Positions 19,735 through 30,759 of a stretch of 64,000 bases of DNA are shown one piece after another; position 1 is the first letter of the stretch, and each line of letters opens with the position of its first letter. The notes under the pieces are model-generated. The model ran no database searches. It saw nothing but the letters and a program-made list of their open reading frames with translations, and had not been told where the DNA came from. Origin of the DNA: an uncultured Puniceicoccaceae bacterium (GTDB lineage Bacteria; Verrucomicrobiota; Verrucomicrobiia; Opitutales; Oceanipulchritudinaceae); assembly GCA_963933835.1 (NCBI GenBank), contig CAWVVV010000003.1:192001-256000 (forward strand). The letters are read 5' to 3'. The position numbers and the translations under genes are program-made.

Positions 19735-22055
19735 ACGACGTTTCTCAACGCCCTCCCCTTTGCCGCCTATTGCAGCGCTGCAGTGTGCTCAGTCTACTTT
19801 GCGGACTATTTGCCCTTCAACCTCTCGCTGCCCAAGACGAGTCGCAGACTCCGCCGCAGATTCCGAGCAGCGTGCCACCGCCACCGCCACCAGGGCCAAC
19901 GCCGACACTGCCTCCTAATCTTCGACGCCCAACAACGGTGCCTGGGCAAGCGCCCACATCGACGAGCGTTTCAAGATCACGCCCGACACCTCCACCACCG
20001 CCGACAAGAACGAGCCCTGAAGTCGAAGAAGAGCGCGAGGAACTCCGCCCCTCGATTGGAATCGCGGATGCCGACGCTCCGGGGATGGATGATATCGTCA
20101 CGATTGGAACCCTCGTAGACAACGGGACCAACGAGCTCCTTCAGCAGATCCAGATTCTCACTGGCAAGCCCATCCTCCGTCAGCAGAACCTCCCATCGGT
20201 AAAGATTTCCTTCGACCAAGGGGATAAAGCAATGACGCGCAGGCAGCTCATCCGCGCCCTCGAAAGTTTACTTTCACTCAATGGCATCGCCCTCACTCGC
20301 GTTGGCGTTGACTTCATCAAAGCTGTCCCCGCCGCCGCGATTAACAATCAGGTGCCTATTCTCTGGGAAGGGAGTACGATCGGCGCCGAGGCCACCCAGA
20401 TGATCTACGAGAAGGTCTTTAAGTTAGACTTTCTTACAACCGTCGAGGTCGTACCGCTGATCCAGCCGATCATGTCGCAGGGCTCGCCGATTTCGCTCGA
20501 AAAAAGCGGCCTCCTTCTCGTCACCGATGCTCTCGTTAACCTTCAGCGCATCGAACGCATTCTCAAAGCGATTGATCAACCGACGGACGACTCAATCGAG
20601 ATCCTTTTCTTTCATCTCAAGCACATCGACGTGCAAGAAGCCTCTCAGCGCCTCAAACAGATGCAGGCCGGCGCCCTCCGACGTCGTCTCCAAACAAATA
20701 CCAACTTTGATGCCGACGAGCGCACTAATCAGCTCATCGTCTTCACCCATAAAGCCAATACCTCGCTCATTACCAACTTGATAGAGAAAATGGATATCGA
20801 TGTGGCACCGCTCACAACGACCAAGCTATTCAGCATCCGCTACGCCGAGGCCGTCGAAGTCGTCTCGATCATCGACCAAGTCATCAGCGGTCAAAAAGAA
20901 GCGAGAGATCAAAACACTGGAGGCAACAACAACGCCCAAGCCGCGCGCCAAGCCCAGCAACAGCGCGCTGCCAATGCTGCTGCCGCCGCTGTCCGCGCGG
21001 AAGCCAGCAATCTGCAGTTCTCAGACTACCTCACCCTCGTCGCTGACGAACGCGCAAATAGCATTGTCGCGAGCGGAACCCAGTCCGACATCAACGCCCT
21101 CAACTCGCTCATCGACGAGATCGACGTCCTGCTAGCACAGGTGCGCATCGAGGTCGTGATTGCAGAGGTAACGCTTGGTGAAAATTACAGCCGTGGCATT
21201 GATAGCTTAGGTTTTCAGGACAATGTTACCGCACAGTATGATAATATAACAGGCACTGACGGCGACAGCATTGGACTTGGAACCACCTTCCCAGGCAGCA
21301 ATTCCGTGATCGATATTGGCTCAACTGCGTTCACCCTTGGCAGCCCCCTCATTCTGGGAGGCGGCGAGCAGTACATTAATCTCATCTTAGACAAAGGAAG
21401 GACGAATACTGATGTCAGAATCCTATCAGCGCCGACCATCCTTACGACGCACAATCGGGAAGCGTCCATCTCGGTAGGTGACTCGATTCCAGTCATCACG
21501 CAGAACATCCAGACCGACAACGACGTAAACAGTAATAGCATCCGACAATCGGTCCAGTATCGGGATACCGGCATAGAGCTCAATGTAACGCCGCTCATCG
21601 GCTCAGATGGCATCGTCCAACTAGAAGTAGAACAAACGATTGAAAACGCGCTCGATGGCGACACAGAGGGAAATCCAACCATCACCCGCCGCAACGCGAA
21701 GTCTTACGTCAGCGTCGCAAATGGCGACGTCGTCATCCTCGGCGGGCTTCAGTCCTCAACCGTTACAAATTCAGAGAGTCGAATTTTCCTCCTCGGCGAT
21801 ATCCCCGTAGTCGGAAAACTCTTCCGATCATATTCTGATAAAAATTCAACGACAGACTTATTGATTTTCATTCGTCCGATCGTGTTGTCGACGACAAGTG
21901 AGGCACAAATTGATGCCACCGATAAATTATCAAAAATCTCCGGCGGAGATGAAGTGAAAGGCTTTTTCGAGAACGGCACCTTCCAAGAGGAAGAAGACGA
22001 CGAGGCGACAGATGCCGAGGACAAGGCAAAAGTAAAACGGAGTTCACATCGCTGA
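19731..22055 (+). CDS. gspD: Type II secretion secretin
   Basis: N domains with ADERTNQL/ADERANS, QVRIEVVIAEV, SAPTILT, TGIELNVTP, IPVVGKLF, LIFIRP. Confidence 0.93.
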   Translation: MNDVSQRPPLCRLLQRCSVLSLLCGLFALQPLAAQDESQTPPQIPSSVPPPPPPGPTPTLPPNLRRPTTVPGQAPTSTSVSRSRPTPPPPPTRTSPEVEEEREELRPSIGIADADAPGMDDIVTIGTLVDNGTNELLQQIQILTGKPILRQQNLPSVKISFDQGDKAMTRRQLIRALESLLSLNGIALTRVGVDFIKAVPAAAINNQVPILWEGSTIGAEATQMIYEKVFKLDFLTTVEVVPLIQPIMSQGSPISLEKSGLLLVTDALVNLQRIERILKAIDQPTDDSIEILFFHLKHIDVQEASQRLKQMQAGALRRRLQTNTNFDADERTNQLIVFTHKANTSLITNLIEKMDIDVAPLTTTKLFSIRYAEAVEVVSIIDQVISGQKEARDQNTGGNNNAQAARQAQQQRAANAAAAAVRAEASNLQFSDYLTLVADERANSIVASGTQSDINALNSLIDEIDVLLAQVRIEVVIAEVTLGENYSRGIDSLGFQDNVTAQYDNITGTDGDSIGLGTTFPGSNSVIDIGSTAFTLGSPLILGGGEQYINLILDKGRTNTDVRILSAPTILTTHNREASISVGDSIPVITQNIQTDNDVNSNSIRQSVQYRDTGIELNVTPLIGSDGIVQLEVEQTIENALDGDTEGNPTITRRNAKSYVSVANGDVVILGGLQSSTVTNSESRIFLLGDIPVVGKLFRSYSDKNSTTDLLIFIRPIVLSTTSEAQIDATDKLSKISGGDEVKGFFENGTFQEEEDDEATDAEDKAKVKRSSHR

Positions 22056-22074
22056 GTATTGATGTAGTTATTAA

Positions 22075-22569
22075 ATGGGACACATCCAGACAACTGCCTC
22101 AATCAAAAGAGGGCTTATCTTGTTCACCTTAAGCCTTTGCCTTGGATCAGCTTGGGCGGAGTCTTCCCTTCTTCAACGCTCGCCCTTTTTACCTCAAGAA
22201 TCGAATCGCCCGGCCGAGACGACCCCACCTCCAGCATCAACCCAGCAGAGCCAAATTCAATTCAAAGGTGTTTTTGCTCTGAACGATGAAGTGCGCTTCA
22301 ACCTTTTCGATAGCAGCGAAAACAAAGGTAGCTGGATTCGCATGAATGACACCTTCTCCGGAGCCAAAGTCATCGATTTCGACGAAAGCAGTCGGTCAAT
22401 TGATGTCGAAATTGACGGTTCCATCACGCGCTTCTCGCTCATTGAAGGCTCAGATAAGCCACTCACCGTCGCCCCAAATATCGTTGGACCTCGCCGGCCC
22501 ACAATAACAGACAACAACTCGCCTAGGCGCGCCGTCAGTCGCCGCCGCATCGTTCCACCTAGCCGATAA
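22075..22569 (+). CDS. Exported protein, GspC/PilP-like
   Basis: Signal sequence, RSPF motif, beta-rich HR-like domain between gspD and gspE. Confidence 0.5.
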   Translation: MGHIQTTASIKRGLILFTLSLCLGSAWAESSLLQRSPFLPQESNRPAETTPPPASTQQSQIQFKGVFALNDEVRFNLFDSSENKGSWIRMNDTFSGAKVIDFDESSRSIDVEIDGSITRFSLIEGSDKPLTVAPNIVGPRRPTITDNNSPRRAVSRRRIVPPSR

Positions 22570-22618
22570 AGTTCAGCACTCCCGGGTTCGTCTGATCCGA
22601 AACAAAAATAGATCGACC

Positions 22619-24343
22619 ATGATTTCAGAGCCCGCCGAAACATCGCTTTATGAGCACCTACATGAAGACCAGCAGCTAATGCTGGTGGAGGCCCCGCGCC
22701 AAAACCGCCTCCCTCTTCTCGCTCAATTTAGACGCGAAACAGAATTCGATACCGTGCAAAAGCTCGGTGAACTCGCAGATATCCCTGTCCTCGAAGATTT
22801 TGAAATCGCGGAGCGCGTTGGCGACCTCCTCCCACTCCGCCTGATCAACGAATATCAGTGCCTGCCCTTAGCAGAGAATGAGGTCGAGCCAAGCGACGAT
22901 GACGGAGAGGACGAGATCGAAGCTGATCTCGCTCCCTTAAAGCTCATCACCCTTTGGCCGCCTGACTCCTCGATGAACGAATGGATTTACGCGGTCTGCG
23001 GTCGTGAAGTTGAGTGGTATCTCGGCCCAGCCAAAGAGATCATGTACACCATCACCCAGCGCTTTGGCGTCGGTGCTGACTCGCTCGAAGAGTCCGAGCT
23101 CTCTGACGACGCCTCAGGGCGCCTTGAAGACGTCGAGGAAGATGAAAACGCCGCCATCATCCGATTCGTCAATGACGTCATTGCAAAGGCCATTGAAGAC
23201 CGTGCGACGGATATCCACTTTGAGCCACTGAAGGAGTCCCTACAGATCCGCTACCGGATCGATGGCGAGCTCGTCCCTATCCGTGTCCCCGATAACTTAA
23301 TACGTTACCAAGGAGCGATCATCTCTCGCCTCAAGATCATGGCGAAGCTCAACATCTCGGAGAAACGCCGACCACAAGATGGACGCATCGTCTACCAAAG
23401 CAGCACGACTGAGCTCGACATTCGTCTTTCCACGATCGCCACAATGTATGGAGAGAGCATCTCGCTTCGACTCCTCAATCAAAAGAATCAGCCTCTTTCG
23501 ATGGAAGAACTCGGTATGCTCGAGCCTGAGCAGGAGCGCATTCGCCGCGTGCTTGAGTTGCCTCACGGTATCGTTCTCGTGACAGGACCTACGGGTTCGG
23601 GTAAGTCGACCTCACTCACTGCCTTTATCCGCCAGATCAACTCTCCTGGGCGCCGTATTATCACGGTGGAAGACCCGGTTGAATACGAAGTCGACGGCGT
23701 AAACCAAACTCAGGTCCACTCCGAAATCGGCTTCACCTTTGCGAGTGCTCTTCGCCACATCCTTCGCCAAGACCCCGACGTCATCATGGTGGGTGAAATT
23801 CGTGACCCTGAGACGGCCGACATCGCAATCCGCGCAGCGCTGACCGGTCACCTCGTCCTCAGTACCCTGCACACGAATGACTCTCCCGGAGCTCTCACCC
23901 GCTTGATCGACATGGAAGTAGAGCCGTTCCTCATCGCTTCCTCGGTTGAGCTCATTCTCGCTCAGCGCCTCGTCCGGCGCCTCTGCCCAAAGTGTGCAAA
24001 GAAAGCGAGTTACGACGAGCGTTTCATTAAGAGTTCCCTGCAAGCCCTAGGTATTCCGCTCACCCCAGAAAACCTCAACTTCCCTGTTCTTGAAGCCGTC
24101 GGCTGTGACGACTGTCGCGGTCTAGGCTACCGCGGGCGGGTTGGTTTGTTTGAGCTCCTTCGCGTCGACGATAACATTCACGACCTCATCGTTGAAAAGC
24201 GCTCCGCCCGCGAAATTCGCGAAGTTGCCTTGAAGCATGGAATGACGACCCTTCAGTCCAGTGGCTGGGATCAGATACAACACGGCCGGACCACCCTACC
24301 CGAGGTCATGCGCTACGCTTTCCTCGATGAGGATCATAGCTAA
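22619..24343 (+). CDS. gspE: Type II secretion ATPase GspE/PilB
   Basis: TDIHFEP, RPQDGR, Walker [31 protein letters not shown], CxxC..CxxC. Confidence 0.95.
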   Translation: MISEPAETSLYEHLHEDQQLMLVEAPRQNRLPLLAQFRRETEFDTVQKLGELADIPVLEDFEIAERVGDLLPLRLINEYQCLPLAENEVEPSDDDGEDEIEADLAPLKLITLWPPDSSMNEWIYAVCGREVEWYLGPAKEIMYTITQRFGVGADSLEESELSDDASGRLEDVEEDENAAIIRFVNDVIAKAIEDRATDIHFEPLKESLQIRYRIDGELVPIRVPDNLIRYQGAIISRLKIMAKLNISEKRRPQDGRIVYQSSTTELDIRLSTIATMYGESISLRLLNQKNQPLSMEELGMLEPEQERIRRVLELPHGIVLVTGPTGSGKSTSLTAFIRQINSPGRRIITVEDPVEYEVDGVNQTQVHSEIGFTFASALRHILRQDPDVIMVGEIRDPETADIAIRAALTGHLVLSTLHTNDSPGALTRLIDMEVEPFLIASSVELILAQRLVRRLCPKCAKKASYDERFIKSSLQALGIPLTPENLNFPVLEAVGCDDCRGLGYRGRVGLFELLRVDDNIHDLIVEKRSAREIREVALKHGMTTLQSSGWDQIQHGRTTLPEVMRYAFLDEDHS

Positions 24344-24389
24344 AGTCTAAGACATCGAATCCATTTGGAGCCTACCCCACTGCTAGAAA

Positions 24390-25649
24390 ATGCCCCTCTT
24401 TGAATACAAAGCCCGCGACGCCTCCGGCCAATCTCTCCAAGGAGAGATCGATGCCGTGGATCGTAAGACGGCTGTTCTTCGCCTATCATCAAAAGGCATC
24501 CGTCCGCTCAAGCTGGAACAAAAGCATCACGTAGCCCAGACCGAAGACGCCGACAGTGAAACGCTCAATCTCTACGCGAGTGATACCAAAACAAAGCGGA
24601 GCTTAATCAAGGCCTCGAAGGAAACACTCGTCCTCCAGTTCCTCAAGCGGCTCGTCACCCTTCTGTCCGCAGGACTATCCCTTGGCGATGCGACTAAGCT
24701 ACTACAGCAGCGATTGAATGACGCTGAACTCAAGGGATTGAGTAGTCGCATTTGGAAACACCTCTCTGAAGGTCGCACCTTAGCGGCTGCGATGGGGACA
24801 GAAAACGAGCTCTTCACGACCGCACAGTGCCACCTCATCGAGGCCGGCGAAGCGAGCGGCAACCTAGTGCCAGTTCTCACCCGCATGGTTCGCCATCTCG
24901 AAGAAAGCCAAGCAGTCAAAAAACGCCTTATCGCGAGCCTTAGCTATCCGATGATTATTGTCGGCGTAGCCACGATCGTGATTGGGGTGGTCATTGGATT
25001 TCTAATACCTCGCATTGAAGAAATGGTAACACAGCTGGGAGGAGAATTGTTTGTCCTCGCTCGTTGGCTGCTCGCTGGATCTAACTTTCTTCTGAAATTT
25101 GGGCCCATCGTGATCGTTGCAGCAGCGGTTGCTGCCTTCCTCATTAATCGGTGGCGCAAAACGACACCAGGGAGGCGTTCGACAGACCTCTGGATACTGA
25201 CAATGCCAGTGCTGGGTAAGATCAATCTGTATTCGAATATCTATTCAACCTCGAACTTGTTATCAACGCTTCTCGGCAGCGGGGTGAACACTACAGAGTC
25301 TCTACGCCTTGTAGAACGAACGATTAAAAACGTCATCCTAAAGGCCAAATTCAGCGCTGCTCGCAAGCAGATCCAAGAAGGTGTTTCCATCTCTGGATCG
25401 CTCCAAAACGTCCATTTCATGCCAGATCTAGCGATGGACATCCTTTCCGTGGGCGAGAACACTGGCGACCTCGTAACGAGCCTAGAAGACATCAATGCGA
25501 TCTACCGCGACGAGCTTACAAAACGCCTTGATAGGCTCACAACGCAAGTTGCGGCCGTTGCCCTCACGATTGCTTTTTCAATCGTAGCGATCATTGCTTT
25601 CAGCGTTGCACTGAGTGTCGTCTCGGTCAGCCAATCGCTTTTGGAATAA
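24390..25649 (+). CDS. gspF: Type II secretion inner-membrane protein F
   Basis: F.YKARD..G, AGEASGNL, YP, VGENTGDL, three TMs. Confidence 0.92.
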   Translation: MPLFEYKARDASGQSLQGEIDAVDRKTAVLRLSSKGIRPLKLEQKHHVAQTEDADSETLNLYASDTKTKRSLIKASKETLVLQFLKRLVTLLSAGLSLGDATKLLQQRLNDAELKGLSSRIWKHLSEGRTLAAAMGTENELFTTAQCHLIEAGEASGNLVPVLTRMVRHLEESQAVKKRLIASLSYPMIIVGVATIVIGVVIGFLIPRIEEMVTQLGGELFVLARWLLAGSNFLLKFGPIVIVAAAVAAFLINRWRKTTPGRRSTDLWILTMPVLGKINLYSNIYSTSNLLSTLLGSGVNTTESLRLVERTIKNVILKAKFSAARKQIQEGVSISGSLQNVHFMPDLAMDILSVGENTGDLVTSLEDINAIYRDELTKRLDRLTTQVAAVALTIAFSIVAIIAFSVALSVVSVSQSLLE

Positions 25650-25713
25650 ATCAAACTGCACACGTAGCTGAAAGAGAGCGTCGATCGAATCACACTAAAT
25701 TCCACGTCTTTAA

Positions 25714-26283
25714 ATGAGCACAGATAACCAAGTCCTAGATATTTTCCGCAAAACGGGTGCCCTCTTAGAAGGTCACTTCATTCTTCGCTCCGGCTTGCGT
25801 AGCGGGCATTTCTTCCAGTGTGCACGCGTTTGCGAGCATCTCGATCAAGTTGCACGTTTGGCTGAGCTAATGATCAGCAAGCTTCCAGACGACCTCGAAG
25901 TGGAAACCGTGCTCGCCCCAGCGATGGGAGGGCTCGTGATCGGGCAAGAGGTCGCACGCCAGATGGGCAAACGTTTCATTTTCATCGAAAAGCAGGATGA
26001 CAAGCTGACGATGCGTCGTGGTTTCAAACTCCGGAAGGATGAACCCGTCCTGATCGTCGAAGACGTCATCACACGCGGTGGACGCGCCCAAGAGGCCGTC
26101 GACATCGTCAATGGCTGTGGTGGCAAGGTAGCAGCCATTACCATACTCGTCGACCGCAGTGCAGGCAAAGTCAGCTTCAATGCCCCGCTCATTCCATTGC
26201 TTGAAATGAACTTCCCAACCTACGCCCCCGACGCCCTGCCCGCTGAGCTTGAGGCCATTCCCGCGATCAAACCGGGATCCTAA
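25714..26283 (+). CDS. pyrE: Orotate phosphoribosyltransferase
   Basis: GHFILRSG, PAMGG, PRPP loop VEDVITRGG. Confidence 0.93.
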   Translation: MSTDNQVLDIFRKTGALLEGHFILRSGLRSGHFFQCARVCEHLDQVARLAELMISKLPDDLEVETVLAPAMGGLVIGQEVARQMGKRFIFIEKQDDKLTMRRGFKLRKDEPVLIVEDVITRGGRAQEAVDIVNGCGGKVAAITILVDRSAGKVSFNAPLIPLLEMNFPTYAPDALPAELEAIPAIKPGS

Positions 26284-26346
26284 AGAACATACAAATGCGG
26301 CACAGTTACGGTGTAACTTGCAGTGGAGTGATTATCTGCTTACATC

Positions 26347-26880
26347 ATGAGCATGGATCATTACCATTATTTAAGTACCCTACGTTCGGTATGGGAATCT
26401 GCCGTCGCGAGTTACCGCGGCGGAGTCAACGCGGCAGGCGATATGTTCTCGGACGAACAAAGCGCGTTCCTCCATTCGATCGGGGCAACAGAGCAAGAGG
26501 TCTTTGACTTCGTCGAAGACTATGTTTCTGGCGGAGACCCCGACTTTGACACCTTCGCCGCGGTCACAGACAAGCGCCGGAATTATTTCCTTCAGGTTCA
26601 AAACGGACAACACAGTAAGCACGTTGTGCAAGACGCTGATCTGCCCGCAAAGACTGAAGAGCTCGACGGGATTGTCTGGCTCCCCCGAATCATCATGAAA
26701 GCGAAGGCTAAGCTAAAGGGAGAGATGAATCCCAACCTGATGTTTAGTTGCGGCGGCGACCGGCGCTTTCTCAAGTCCGCGAACCTCCACGCAGCTGAGT
26801 TTTTATCGCTCGTTGAGCGCAATCTTGACGATGAACGCGCCATTATCGACTACGTCAAAAAGGCGGATAGTGCTCATTAG
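26347..26880 (+). CDS. DUF5069-like protein
   Basis: LDGIVWLPRIIMKAKAKLKG..CGGDRRFL. Confidence 0.7.
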   Translation: MSMDHYHYLSTLRSVWESAVASYRGGVNAAGDMFSDEQSAFLHSIGATEQEVFDFVEDYVSGGDPDFDTFAAVTDKRRNYFLQVQNGQHSKHVVQDADLPAKTEELDGIVWLPRIIMKAKAKLKGEMNPNLMFSCGGDRRFLKSANLHAAEFLSLVERNLDDERAIIDYVKKADSAH

Positions 26881-26916
26881 CACAGATTAAGCGTCATCAC
26901 TTGTTTCACAAAAGAA

Positions 26917-26947
26917 GAAGGGCCGCTCTGAATCAGAGCGGCCCTTC
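26917..26947 (-). terminator. Intrinsic terminator (possibly bidirectional)
   Basis: gaagggccgctctg-aat-cagagcggcccttc, a perfect 14-bp stem with an A-rich 5' flank, between convergent genes. Confidence 0.85.
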
Positions 26948-26977
26948 GTATAAATAGATTTCCTAAGCAGAAAAAGC

Positions 26978-27730
26978 TTAGAAGCTTACGCTACCGGAGA
27001 AGCCGTACCAGAAAGCATCATCTTCAGGTGCGTCGTCGAGGTCACCGAATTGGTTGTCTACTGAATTTTTACCGTAACGAGCGCCAACGCTAACGGAGGC
27101 GTTTTCGTTCACTGCATAGCTGAGGTCAGCATATGCACTGTAGTAGACGTAATCGTCTTCATTGCCAGCAGGTCCGAGATTGTTCACGGCTTCACCAATG
27201 ATCTTGTAGCCAACTGCAGCACCGAGATCCAAGGCAACGCCTTCAGAGATCTCGAGGGAGTGACCAACAGAACCTTCGAAAACGACGTTTTCCAAATCAA
27301 AGTCGTAGTAAACGTAGATCGACGGAGCAGCAACGACATCAAAAGTGGCACCAGCATAGATTTCAACAGTGTTGTCATTGTCGAAGCTCTCGGCGGACGA
27401 GTAAGTGTAGTAAATTACACCGACATCGCCTGAAATAGAATCAGAAATGGCAAAGCCATAACCAGCATAGTACTCGACGCGGTCATCACCGATAAGGGTC
27501 GTTGCTGCCGAAGTGTTGTCGTTGAGGCCGAATGAACCCCAGATACCCGCATAGAAGTCATCAACTGCAAATTCGATGCTAGGCTGGAAGGACTCATCAG
27601 CGTGTTGCTGACCGCGCTCGACGCATGCAGACTCCCAGCCGAAAGCTGAGCTAACTGACACTTCTTGAGCGCTGATTGAAGAAACAGCTGCAAATGCTGC
27701 CACACCGATAAGATTAATCGATTTGTTCAT
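26978..27730 (-). CDS. Outer-membrane beta-barrel, TorF/Gcw_chp-like putative porin
   Basis: Signal peptide, FYAGIWGS, EYYAGY, DVGVIYY, C-terminal Phe. Confidence 0.75.
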   Translation of the reverse strand: MNKSINLIGVAAFAAVSSISAQEVSVSSAFGWESACVERGQQHADESFQPSIEFAVDDFYAGIWGSFGLNDNTSAATTLIGDDRVEYYAGYGFAISDSISGDVGVIYYTYSSAESFDNDNTVEIYAGATFDVVAAPSIYVYYDFDLENVVFEGSVGHSLEISEGVALDLGAAVGYKIIGEAVNNLGPAGNEDDYVYYSAYADLSYAVNENASVSVGARYGKNSVDNQFGDLDDAPEDDAFWYGFSGSVSF

Positions 27731-27970
27731 AGTATGTTTTGTTTAGTTTGATTTTAGATCAGTACAAATGACCCGCCTAAGAGACTGCCTTTTTACTCGA
27801 ATGCAAGTAAATCATTCAAATCGAGGGCGAATTTCCAGTAATACCCTAGTTAGATCAGGGCATCGGTGACTTAGACGAACTGTTATCGTCCAAAACCCTT
27901 CAGACTTTAGACAGTTTCTTTACCCACTGGCAAAATCACCGAAATCATCTGCACTCAGAAGGTATCCAAT

Positions 27971-28003
27971 AAAAAAGAGCGGCCTCCCGAAGGAAGCCGC
28001 TCT
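27971..28003 (-). terminator. Intrinsic terminator
   Basis: A6 followed by the gagcggc..gccgctc stem, downstream of the minus-strand porin gene. Confidence 0.8.
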
Positions 28004-28042
28004 CGCAGTATAAATCTTTAAGTCAGTCTAAAGTATAAAACT

Positions 28043-29023
28043 CTAGAATGTGAAGATAGCTTCGAGCGCACCCATGGTGCTGTCTTCGTCGACGTTGTTG
28101 TAGTCACCATCAGCAAAAGATACTTCGAGGACCAAGAGGAGGTTCTCTGTTACAGCGTGGCTGTAAGCAGCTGTGTACTGAACGGAGTGCGCGTCATAAT
28201 AAGAACCGAAGTCTTCTTCAACGTAGCTGATACGACCAGTAACCGAGCCTTGCTCACTTACGACGTAGTTGATCATAGCCAAACCGCCAATGGTCTCTAC
28301 GCCAGAGTCATCATTACCGAAATCAGATTCTGTGTAGAAGAGTTCGAGGGCAGCAGTCAATGCATCTTGCTCGTAAACGATGTAAGCATTGAAGCCATGA
28401 GCATCTCCGCTAGTGCTGCTGGAGGTATCGAAGTCTTCAAAGAAAGCACCGACAAAACTGGAGAGGTTATCTGTGAGCTGGGAACCAACAGCAACTTCAA
28501 CAGCGTAGTTGCTAGATCCAGAACCACCGAGGCGGCCATCGTCGCCATATGCGTTGTAACCATCCAAGAGGGAAACAGTGATGAATGTGCCATCAGCTTC
28601 GTATGCATACTTAACACCAGTTACTTGGCTGACGACATCGTAAGCAGTTGAATACTGGTAGAGGCCAGTTGGCTCTTTGGCTTCGAATCCGAGCATCCCG
28701 TCCATTTGACCAGCGCTAATGGAAGAACCATTACCAAGATCATAAGAAAAGAAAGCTTGCTCAACGTGGAGGTCCTTACCGCCGATACTTTGAATGTCGA
28801 TCTGTCCACTGACTTGATCGAAGTTCAAGATGAAATCGATTTCCACTTGATCCACGTCGAAGGAATTTTCGGAGGAAGATTCAGAACTACCCATCTCATC
28901 TTCCGAGTGTGAGTAAGAGGAATCAATGAACCCACTGATAGTGAGGTTTTCATTAAGCTGGATATCAGCCTGAACGAGGGAAGCCCCAACGATCAGTGCC
29001 ATAAGTGTTGTGAGGGTTTTCAT
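28043..29023 (-). CDS. Outer-membrane porin (BBP2-like beta-barrel)
   Basis: Signal peptide, SGFIDSSY, EQAF, LGFE, C-terminal EAIFTF. Confidence 0.75.
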   Translation of the reverse strand: MKTLTTLMALIVGASLVQADIQLNENLTISGFIDSSYSHSEDEMGSSESSSENSFDVDQVEIDFILNFDQVSGQIDIQSIGGKDLHVEQAFFSYDLGNGSSISAGQMDGMLGFEAKEPTGLYQYSTAYDVVSQVTGVKYAYEADGTFITVSLLDGYNAYGDDGRLGGSGSSNYAVEVAVGSQLTDNLSSFVGAFFEDFDTSSSTSGDAHGFNAYIVYEQDALTAALELFYTESDFGNDDSGVETIGGLAMINYVVSEQGSVTGRISYVEEDFGSYYDAHSVQYTAAYSHAVTENLLLVLEVSFADGDYNNVDEDSTMGALEAIFTF

Positions 29024-29079
29024 AATTAGACTCAGTTTTTTTAGTTTTTGTTTAGCGTTTGTGTTTAGCGATAATCTCC

Positions 29080-29640
29080 CTACTCGGCGGTGTTATTCAC
29101 ACCTAAACCTTTTGGACGATTAAAATTCTTTAATTTATCTTTGTAAAAATCCAGCTTACCCGCCGATGGAGACTTAATATCCCGAGCTGAATCGGAGTAA
29201 TACATAACATAGTCTACTCGTGGCTTAAGGGCTCTCACCGCGTAGGCGGGGCTACCCAATATATCCAACACTTCCTCTCGTGACATCCCGAGAGTGATCT
29301 GGTCCCAATTTTCGGCCAGTTTCCAATCTGGGAGCGCAACCAACTGGTAGCGGGGGGTGAACCGTTGACCTGGAAGAGCGCCGACAACCATCGTGCGACT
29401 TGCCTTTGGAGGACCGTAGTTTTCTGTCGAGCCACCTTCTATTACTGGCGCTGTCACATAGCCCAGCATTTGCTCTAGTTGTAAAATCCGTGCTTCTAGA
29501 TCGAGGACGCGTTGCTCAAGATCTGCAGCATTCAAAGGCGCGAAGATCGAGACCATCGCCAAAAGAGCGAGACAGAGATGCCGGCCTATCGGCTTCATCC
29601 TGTAATCAAGCACACTTACAAAGTAAGAATAAGGTTCCAT
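29080..29640 (-). CDS. Hypothetical exported protein with coiled coil and SmpA/OmlA-like motif
   Basis: LEQRVLDLEARI; ITLGMSREEVLDILGSP. Start uncertain. Confidence 0.6.
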   Translation of the reverse strand: MEPYSYFVSVLDYRMKPIGRHLCLALLAMVSIFAPLNAADLEQRVLDLEARILQLEQMLGYVTAPVIEGGSTENYGPPKASRTMVVGALPGQRFTPRYQLVALPDWKLAENWDQITLGMSREEVLDILGSPAYAVRALKPRVDYVMYYSDSARDIKSPSAGKLDFYKDKLKNFNRPKGLGVNNTAE

Positions 29641-30123
29641 AAAGATATTATTGAATGCTCATCATCCGAGGAATGAAGAGTCATAGGAATCAGCCAACCC
29701 AAAGGGTGGACCATTTCGACATATCGCTGTTAACCTGCATCAAGTTTATCTGAGTTTCCGGTGTTATCCGTGAATTAGTATTGAGGTATAAAACGTGTAA
29801 AATCTCAATGGAAATAACGGAAAAGAGATCGAGAAGACTGTTGGCAAGGGAAAAATGACCCTCATCACGAAGCCGCGATGCCCTTTTTCTGATTTTCAAA
29901 CCAATTTGCGCCCGTAAATTGCCCCTGATTCCTTTGAAGGCACGCCCATACGCCATTCCCCCATGATTCACCCAGGCCGTAATACCACCCTCATTATTAC
30001 CTATTAGATTGCTATAGAATAGGTTACGTCAGGAAGCAGAGAATAGCTTTGATGCCGCCGAGAACACTTTCATGATAAATCCGACCTTCTTAACCTTTCT
30101 CGAATCGACTCCTACATCCAGCA

Positions 30124-30681
30124 ATGGCCGATAAACACTCAAATCAGACACCGGAAATGCCCACCTCCAGCGATCACAGCCCACTGCCGTGCCCATTCAC
30201 AAAAAGCTACCCTTCTGAGCTCAATAAGGATGACTACTACTATATGCAGCTCGCCCTGAATGAGGCGATCGAAGGATGGAAGGAAGACGAAGTGCCGATT
30301 GGCGCGATCATCGTGATTGATGGCAAAATCGTCGCTAAGGCGCACAATCGGAGGGATTCTTTAAAAGATCCAACGGCGCACGCTGAGATGATCGCAATCA
30401 CCCAGGCGGCGAGTGCTATCAGCGATTGGCGCTTAAATGCCGCGACCCTTTATGTCACAAAAGAACCATGCCCGATGTGCGCCGGAGCCTCGATCATGTC
30501 CAGACTGGGCAGGGTTGTCTTCGCCCTTGAAGACAACAAAATGGGCTGCCTCGGCGGAGCGACAGACCTGAATATACTGGGAGGAAGCAATCACAGGTGT
30601 GAAATAAGCGCTGGGATCATGCGCGAGGAATGCCTGCAGATCATTCAGGCATACTTTCAAGCAAAGCGTGGCGCCCAGTGA
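30124..30681 (+). CDS. tadA: tRNA-specific adenosine deaminase
   Basis: EVPIGA, DPTAHAE, EPCPMCAG. Confidence 0.9.
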   Translation: MADKHSNQTPEMPTSSDHSPLPCPFTKSYPSELNKDDYYYMQLALNEAIEGWKEDEVPIGAIIVIDGKIVAKAHNRRDSLKDPTAHAEMIAITQAASAISDWRLNAATLYVTKEPCPMCAGASIMSRLGRVVFALEDNKMGCLGGATDLNILGGSNHRCEISAGIMREECLQIIQAYFQAKRGAQ

Positions 30682-30759
30682 CACATCCCGATCGGGACAA
30701 CAAAGCAGCCTTTTATAGAATGGAGTGATCGGAATTTCGATCAGGTGGCGGATTTAGAC

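Noticed and set aside
29690..29971. 93-aa ORF or SRP RNA near tadA
   Set aside because: No protein features, and caggaagcag near 30030 lacks the SRP helix-8 structure.
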